A DNA stretch of 45,457 bases, counting the filler, from Streblomastix strix (lineage: Eukaryota), in NCBI GenBank assembly GCA_008636045.1. It is 2 parts of 2 records of this genome, joined end to end, with 100 filler letters (N's around TTAATTAATTAA, not from the genome) between each part and the next. Parts side by side here need not be neighbours in the genome. Positions count along the whole stretch, not along the records: positions 22,792 to 45,457 come from SNRW01000314.1; 1 more part is not named here. One strand, written 5' to 3'. Both the position numbers and the translations under genes were made by a program. Positions 38,043-45,457 of the stretch are shown here, in pieces. The notes beneath the pieces were generated by a model, which was given only the letters and a program-made list of their open reading frames with translations, ran no database searches and had not been told where the DNA came from. Position 1 is the first letter of the stretch. Every line of letters begins with the position of its first letter.

Positions 38043-41000
38043 TCAATGCGTTTCATCAACGAAATATTTAACAGCGTTAATTCCATATAAGATAGGTGCG
38101 CATGATTGATTTTTAAGAACTATTGTTTTGTGTGTATTAAGCTAATGTCAACACGATTTGAAATCACTTCTGACATTAAACCTTATTTTTGAATTACAGA
38201 TTTCCGAATTATTTCCGTGGGATAATCATTTTAAATATTTTAATATAGGAATTCTGTGAAATATTTGGGTTTTATTACTGATTAACCCTCTTTTGCTTCA
38301 TAATTTCGCCGTAATCATATGTATCAAAATAATAACACTTAGGAGCCAAAGCATTACATGTCTTTACTTGATGTTTAAAGTACCAACCAAGTAATTTCTT
38401 CTTTTCGTCAATTTAATCGGACATTGGGAAAAATTAAAGAAACAATTTATTCCATAAATTTTAGTTCAAAATTGGCCAATTTTTATCAGTGATTCCTAAG
38501 CATTTACTGTCCGTATCACCATAAATTACATGTATTTTATTCATGTCAAGACATGGAACTGGAAAATTATAGAAAGTATTTAGATAGAAATATTTGGAAT
38601 TATCCATAACGAAATAAGCCACCTATAGCAGTGTTGAGCATTAATATTTACTCTTTTCTAAGTCAACCACCGATAAATTATCAGATAAATATCTTTCTGA
38701 CATAAATGTAATCAGCATGTGACACAATCCAAGTTTTTATCTATTGCATATCCTAATATCTTGAAATTTCTCAGTATTCAATGCGCCATAACTAAATGAA
38801 GCATTCAGTTTTATTTTATACATTAATTCTAGATTTTTATTGCCTGCAGCTAATGCATCACATCTAAACTTATGAGTTTCATTGACGAATTCGTGAAATG
38901 AAGTATTTTTACTGTATGCTATGACTTATTGTATTTCTTCAATAACAATATGACATCTATCTATAAAAAACCTTAAATAATAGTTGTTAAAAGTCATGAA
39001 TTTATTATTCATCGACGATAATATAAGTAATTTTGATTCTTCTTAATCGCATACCATGTGATGTTCAATCATATTTTTGTAAGTATATTCTCCGACAGTT
39101 TGTTTATTCATTGTTATCTTCAGATTTCGCCAAATTACAGGAAAATCTATAAATTCATTGATAAATTCTTCTGGAATATGAGCTTTAGCAACTGTAATGA
39201 ACAATTAAACCTTATTTTCGATGATGTCCTCTTCGCAAGAGAATCAATTTTTATTATAAATTATTTATCTTTCTCTGTATTCATCCTTAATTACTGAAGT
39301 AACATCTCCAGGCATATGCATCTTATGATTTGTGTACGGAATCAGAAAATGCGAATTTGAACTCATTATAGAAGGATAAAAGAAATTGAAATCAAGACAT
39401 GTTATGCGCGAAATGATATGGGGCAAATCGATGCAATGAACTGTTTTCTCTGAAGGATTATATTTAAATTTGTTAATTGGCGTTAATCCAGATATATTTT
39501 CTCTGTGCACATCGTTCGAATTTCCTCCAATGATATTGTTCCGTAAGATTTTATAAACATCTTGATCATAAATAGTCATTGCCAAATGATTAAGTTATGC
39601 GAACTTACGTAACTATATCATAAGTCGACACATATTTTTATCCTAATTTGACGCATATTTATTGCGGTAAAGACAACAAGTCTTAACGTTTGTTTTTGTA
39701 TGTGGCTTTTCATTATTTATTCTATCCAAAGTTGGCTGATTTTTATAAGTAAATCTTGTTTTACACATGTTACAACAAGAAGAAATGAATAAATCATGAA
39801 AATACTTGTAATCAGAATCAGATACATTGTGATCTGTACGTAGAATTTTTAGTTTGTCTTGTTCTTTATATGATTCCACTTTATGTCTCCATTATTTCTC
39901 GGTTAAATTAAATGTTTGCTCGTCGGTTTATTGTGAGTAAGCAACTTCATTGCCTGCGAACCTTAGCTAATAATCAGTATTAAAATCAAAATTCTTATAA
40001 ACATGAGAATATTTATCAAAACAAGCAAGTTTTGCAAGTGATGTATTCGCTAATAGGTCAATTTTGTTTTTGAAATATAGATTTGTTAAGAAATCGATGG
40101 AATTTATCTTCAATTTTGAATATTGTTAACAAAATTAAGAACTTTTATCAAATTCCGTAAAATTTTCCACGAAGTGGCGACGAACTTGCGCAGTCTCCGA
40201 TAATTCTATTTAACATTCAGGTAAAGCAGTGTAAGAATGACCGCCCAAATCATTTATGAATTTCTCAAAGGAAATATTATCAACTAAATAGTTCGTTGCA
40301 TCTAAAAACTTAAACCGGATGGAGACTATCTTCGTTGTCGCTACGAATGCGAAATTTACATATTAATATTATTTTTTTCTAAATTTATGGATATTTTTCG
40401 GTTGATTTTATTATAAAATATTTATGAGTTGATGTTTGCTCAGTAAATTCGACAATTTCATAGTTTTTCGTTTGTACATTTCTGAATATCAATATTGTTG
40501 ACGTTTTCAATGAATCAAATTCAATTACTAGTTCTTAATAACGTTAAGGTACCTCATCATCGTAATAGTATTCATATTTTGCCTATTTTGCTTCTGTAAA
40601 TAAATAATCAAGCAATTAATATATAAAACTGCGTTCCATGTTGCCAAACTCTGCTTGAAGTTTCGCTTAGCTACAATCGAAATAGCATGTTTTTATTCGT
40701 AACTTAGTTGACTTAGTTTTAATTGCTGATGCAACAGAAACAGGTTTGATTACATGGTATTTTATATCATCTTCTTATTGAAACACTGAATTAAATAGAA
40801 AAGTTATATAATATTTAGTTGGATTTTATTCTTATAATAGATTGAGAAAAAAATGATATTTATGGGTTAAATTCGATATAATATGCGGAGCAAATGGTTT
40901 TGAAAACTTCTCTAATCAAACTTATTTATTTGGATTTCCAAGTTTTATCGTGCATTCTTTAATGTCAGAGTCCAATTTGCGCTAAACATGTCTATTTTCC

Positions 41001-42495
41001 TCTTTGACATAAATTGCATGATTGTTGCAAATTGGACAAATAAGTAAACTAATCAATTTCTCGACATTTATGATATACATTATGTGTTGATTGCCAATAT
41101 TATCGTTTATCAAGAGAATATTATAAGATTTACGCCTATCAACTTAAATGTCAGGATATGAAATTAGTCGTTAATATTTGGGTTTTTAAATATCATCCTC
41201 GAATCCGTCGCCGATGTATTCTTAATAGTTAATATCTATATTAAATTTTAGCAACTTTATTTGTATTATTCCAATTAAATACTGAATATTCTTTGAGAAA
41301 TTTACATTATTTTGGTTCTGGAATTCCATAAAAGGAGAATAGCAAACGTTTATCTTCCGCAATTTGTTAATGTATATCAATTTTCACTCCTTCTGCATTT
41401 TTGCCAGCGCAACCTAAATCAGGCATAGTTATGCATGTTAAATTATACCAGAAACAAATGTTTTAATCGTCGTTAATATGAATATATTTGAAAATATTCT
41501 CTTTCTTGTGAATTTTAATCAATTCTTCCATGTTTTTACTTGGAAAAGGTAATCTATGAGATATAATTTACATCAAAAAGATTGCAACAATCAATTCCTT
41601 TGTAACAGTTAGTTCTCCGAATTCTTGCATAAACAGAACTGATGAAAGTTCGTATTCTTTGAAAATATCGATTGAATTTCTATCGAAGAGAATCATTAGA
41701 GCATGTAATTAGCTGAAATTGATATTAGAAACTTTAATTCTGTAAGTAACTAAATAACATCCGTCAATATATTGGAGTTAATGTATAAGCTTCTTGTTAC
41801 TCAGTAATTTCTTCATGTTTTCGGGCATTTCATTACGTTCAGTACCTACATCAAAATCAAATGTATATTTATATAATCTTCCTTTTTCATATATGTACAC
41901 ATATTCAATGAATTTACTAATATTTTCCAGTGAACTAATATCATTATAAAATAAAATCAACATTTTTTGTAGTTGCATCAATTAAATTATGAAAATCTAG
42001 TTATATTCCACTGTATCTGGTCCTAGTTTCATTAATTGCTTACGTAAGCAAACCCATATTTAGCGGCTTAGATAATATCATAAATTCGGGATCGGCAGAA
42101 GAAACTAATTATAAAACAAAATTACCGTATTTGTCGATGAAATCTTGAATTTCAACTTGGTTTTTTCTGAGAATTTCGCGAGAATTTTCCACTAAGCATT
42201 GTTTATAATGTTATATCCAAGACAAGTAATTTTTACGATTCATCTAATCGCGCATCTATCTTTTTTCTTGTTTTTATGCTGATTTACGTAATTTACGCTT
42301 CTTATTTCGCTGTTTGCGAGATTCTAATTTAAGTTTGCGACGCTGTTTTCGAGGATAATTTTCGATGGTTTCTTTAAGATTATTTCTTAGAGGTTTTTCA
42401 TGCGGCTTCGTCGGCAAACTTTTAGTTTACAGTTGATTACAGTCACCCATGGCTTTTTCTTTTTACTTTATTTTATGGGCTAAATTTTTTTCCAT
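38043..42495 (-). pseudogene. protein-primed family B DNA polymerase, copy 1 (with HNH insert), frameshifted
   Basis: FKFLDATNY, HNH-like CNMCKTRF...PTLDRINNEKPHTKTNVKTCC (39640-39780), motif A LDFNFFYPSIM (~39385), motif B YKIKLNASFSYG (~38800), motif C VIYGDTDS (~38510-38525), ALAPKCY, TGA at 38043. Long basic N-terminal region, candidate terminal protein domain. Confidence 0.92.
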
Positions 42496-42551
42496 TTGGG
42501 TAATAAAAATTCACACATTTTGTTATCATAATTTTTATTTTATTAGCAACC

Positions 42552-43879
42552 ATGGTACTAGTCAAGAGCACGATGAAAGCGAAGATAAGACATCCTCGGA
42601 AACAGACAGAATACGATGAGTCGTTTCTAATTCAAGAAATAACAAAAATAATTAAATCATCAAGAGCTGACAAGACGAGAAAGATTGTTGATCTAGTTAA
42701 GATCTATAGTATTAAGAACGTTTCTGATGTGATTTTGGGTGGATTAGTTGGGTGCTTTAAACAGTATATTAACGAGATAAGGCGCGATCGAACTTATAAG
42801 AAAAAAGAAAAGAAAAATAAAAAAAAGCTTGCATCTAAGTAAGAATGTTTATTTGTTGACTGGATATGAAATAGGTATATAAAATATAAGAGACCAGTAA
42901 CATCAAAAGAATTGAGAGAAAAGATCTACAAATGGTATAAAATCATTGTTAGCAGAAACTTTCACGCGTATTTCGTAGGCTTACATAAGAAAAAACTTGG
43001 AATCAAGGAAGATCCAGCCAGATAGTAACAAAAAATGAAAGTAAAATTGGAGGATGTTGATGCATTCCAGGAGGCTCTGAAAAAATATGTCAAGGATAAA
43101 TTTACAAATTTATTTATAAATGCAGATGAAATTGGCATTTAAGCGTACTGTGACAATAAACCTCAATGTGTTATATTCCCAAGCGAATATATGGATGCAA
43201 TTTCATTGAATGGGGTAATGCTATGACCGTTTTAATTACTAAAGAAGAAACAGAAGCTCAGTAGCTGTTTATAAATAGTGTTGTACAAAATTAAAATGCA
43301 ACAATCATTATTTCAACATCTAGTATGATGAATATTTAGATCACGTTGAGGTGGGTCCCTGAAATTCTAGGTCCATATTTCATAGTAGCTCGAATTCAAG
43401 ATTACCAGAGACCACATGCAGAAGCAGTTTTCATGACAGACAACTTGCGTGCACACATTAATAAGGAAGTATAAGTTCAATTACGTTAGAATCATATCTT
43501 ATTACTTACCTTTCCACCGAATAGCACACATTTGCTGCAACCATGCGACGTGGTAATATTTGGTTACTTAAAGCTTGCATATTAATAAGGTCGTGGTGGC
43601 ATACCGAAACTGACTATTGAAGAAATAGTTGCACAAATAATTGATGCATCATGGAAGAGTGCAACACTCCTGCCGATTCAAAACAGTTTCAGAGCTTGTG
43701 GCGTCACCACAGTTGCAGCTAAAGATAATGTACATGCAACAATCTACTTAAAAGCATTCGATGACGTAAAGGCTCAAATAAATGTAGATAATGACGCCGT
43801 TGTTGAAACGCTGTCTTTAATAGGGAAACTGCCAAGAAAATAAAAATTCGGCGCACTGAATCCTAGCGTTATAAAGTGA
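42552..43879 (+). pseudogene. pogo-like DDE_1 (DD35D) transposase, disrupted
   Basis: Putative N-terminal DNA-binding region, FINADEIG, VFMTDNLRAH, LTFPPNSTHLLQPCDVVIFG (35 residues between D2 and D3), IQNSFRACG. Internal TGAs and frameshifts, terminal TGA at 43877. Confidence 0.88.
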
Positions 43880-44077
43880 ATATATTAACATTTCAAGTGT
43901 GTTATTATATAATATATGTGTATAATAAACATCAATTAACATTAAGTCATGTTTAATGAATTAGAATTTTTACTTTATTTATTAAACTAACTACTTTAAA
44001 TTTATAAAAAATTATTATTAAAGTAAATTAAAAACTAAAAGCCATGAGAGACTGTACGTTGCTTTTGCGATACGAAA

Positions 44078-44206
44078 TCACGTATTTGTTAAAGTTGATG
44101 TTAAATTGAGCGGTTTTTATTATTTTTACCTTGTTTAATGGAGGTTATGATTGCTGGGCTGCTTTTGATGTTGATTACGACGTTTGTGGCGAGATCTGGC
44201 AGACAT
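44078..44206 (-). CDS. tiny basic hypothetical peptide (42 aa)
   Basis: MSARSRHKRRNQHQKQPSNH...*. GC-richer island in AT-rich flanks, possibly a DNA-condensing core peptide. Weak support. Confidence 0.25.
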
Positions 44207-44374
44207 TTGAGATTTGCTAAAATGTCAAAAACGACTGATTCTTAAAAAATAATTGATATATTAAAAATGATTTTTTAAAAAATTTTATTATTTTTTATTT
44301 TTAATTAATGTCATAATTAATTATTAATTCATGACATTTGATTTTTTATCTTTTCACTTTTAGTAAATTGACAA

Positions 44375-45370
44375 ATGTACAAATAAAAAAAAGTCTCAAA
44401 TCTCGGATATATTCGTTAAGACATATAAATTGGCGAAAATTCAAATGACAAAACTTAAAATTAACCGTAAAGAATTGGACAATTTGATTTGGAAATGGAT
44501 GATCTTTTCATGTATGAATAATTAGACTATAAATCATATGAAAAATATAGTTAAGTAGATCTTTACATGGATCTTCGTAGAAGTAGTGAAAAGCATGTAT
44601 TATCACCAAAAATACATGATTTATCATTTGGAAAGCGTTCTAAAAATGAAACATCAAAAAGTTTAGTAGATAGAATTTAGTTTGTGACAATCAATCTGTA
44701 TAATTTTAATAAGATAGCGTATCAAACCAACTATCAATCCGAAAAAGCATATGCCAAGAAAAATAAGAATAATACATGCAAAGGCCATACTCTAGAGATT
44801 GCATAATACAAAAACTTGGCGGTAATTGATATAGACATTGATCATGAAGAGAAATTAGATGTTTCACAGCATGATAAGATAAGAAATAGCATAATATTAC
44901 TGTTTTATCCAGCAAAACAGCAAGATTTTGAAGATTAAGCTATAAATCCAACAGAGTCACAAATATTGTTGGAAAAATATAATTAACGTCGCAATGTTGG
45001 CTTTGTTAAATCAGTAAGAGGCGTACTTCATATTTATTGCAATATGTGCCCACTCAAATTACATCAAAATTTTATGGCTAATGTAATTGTAACAAAAGAT
45101 TTTTCAGTTGATGTATTTGCATGCGTTGACGCAATGTCTGAAAGATAAATGGATGAATTAATCGACGTTGAAGAAAGAAATAAAACAAGAACAATTGTGC
45201 AACTTGGAACTTAAATATAAAAATATCGAGATTCAAAGAGAAAACCATTAAATCCAGAGATAAAATCGATGTCATAAACAGGCGAATTGAAAAATTCACT
45301 TCTTACATATCAGGACTTAAACAACGCCTATGAAAAAACAGACCTTGCCGAAAAATAAGATGTAATTTGA
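44375..45370 (+). CDS. AEP-superfamily primase-polymerase domain protein (3' end cut by an inverted duplication)
   Basis: Open frame of ~331 codons with TAR=Gln. Motif I LAVIDIDID (~44820-44845), motif II VKSVRGVLHIYC (~45005-45040), motif III FSVDVFAC (~45105-45120). Confidence 0.75.
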
Positions 45371-45457
45371 GTGGGCACATATTGCAATAAATATGAAGTA
45401 CGCCTCTTACTGATTTAACAAAGCCAACATTGCGACGTTAATTATATTTTTCCAACA
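44967..45457. repeat. perfect 99-bp inverted duplication (44967-45065 vs 45359-45457) at the window end
   Basis: The last 99 nt are the exact reverse complement of 44967-45065. Confidence 0.92.

Larger units (their letters stand above)
24000..45457. mobile_element. cluster of decayed Maverick/Polinton-like endogenous viral elements (at least two copies)
   Basis: Two pPolB-integrase pairs in the same order, two homologous capsid-like genes, a primase-polymerase and small virion-type ORFs, with many frameshifts and TGA stops. Element termini (TIRs/TSDs) were not identified. Confidence 0.85.

Noticed and set aside
45359..45457. 99-bp inverted repeat as a Maverick TIR or hairpin end
   Set aside because: It is a perfect copy of internal primase coding sequence about 300 bp away at the sequence end, typical of a whole-genome-amplification inversion chimera or misassembly.

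Overview
Very AT-rich eukaryotic (protist) DNA that reads properly only with TAA/TAG = Gln and TGA as sole stop, so the supplied standard-code ORF track is shredded into fragments. An oxymonad such as Streblomastix is my inference; ciliates or hexamitids are not excluded. The window is two contigs joined by an artificial N-TTAATTAATTAA-N linker (22692-22791). The left contig carries the 3' end of a probable proteasome RPN2/PSMD1 gene (+) and a giant, highly divergent dynein-heavy-chain-like gene (-). That gene has about 7,280 visible codons and one 73-nt intron, and only AAA2 keeps a Walker A motif. The right contig is a cluster of two decayed Maverick/Polinton-like endogenous virus copies. 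It contains two protein-primed PolB genes with HNH inserts, two rve integrases, two putative major capsid genes, penton-like and fibre-like ORFs, an adenovirus pVI-like amphipathic peptide and an AEP primase-polymerase. Also present are a pogo-like DD35D transposase, a pogo-type MITE inserted next to an integrase catalytic codon, and a family of short GC-rich hairpin repeats found both between and inside viral genes. Translations were done by eye, no database search was run, and pseudogene boundaries are approximate.
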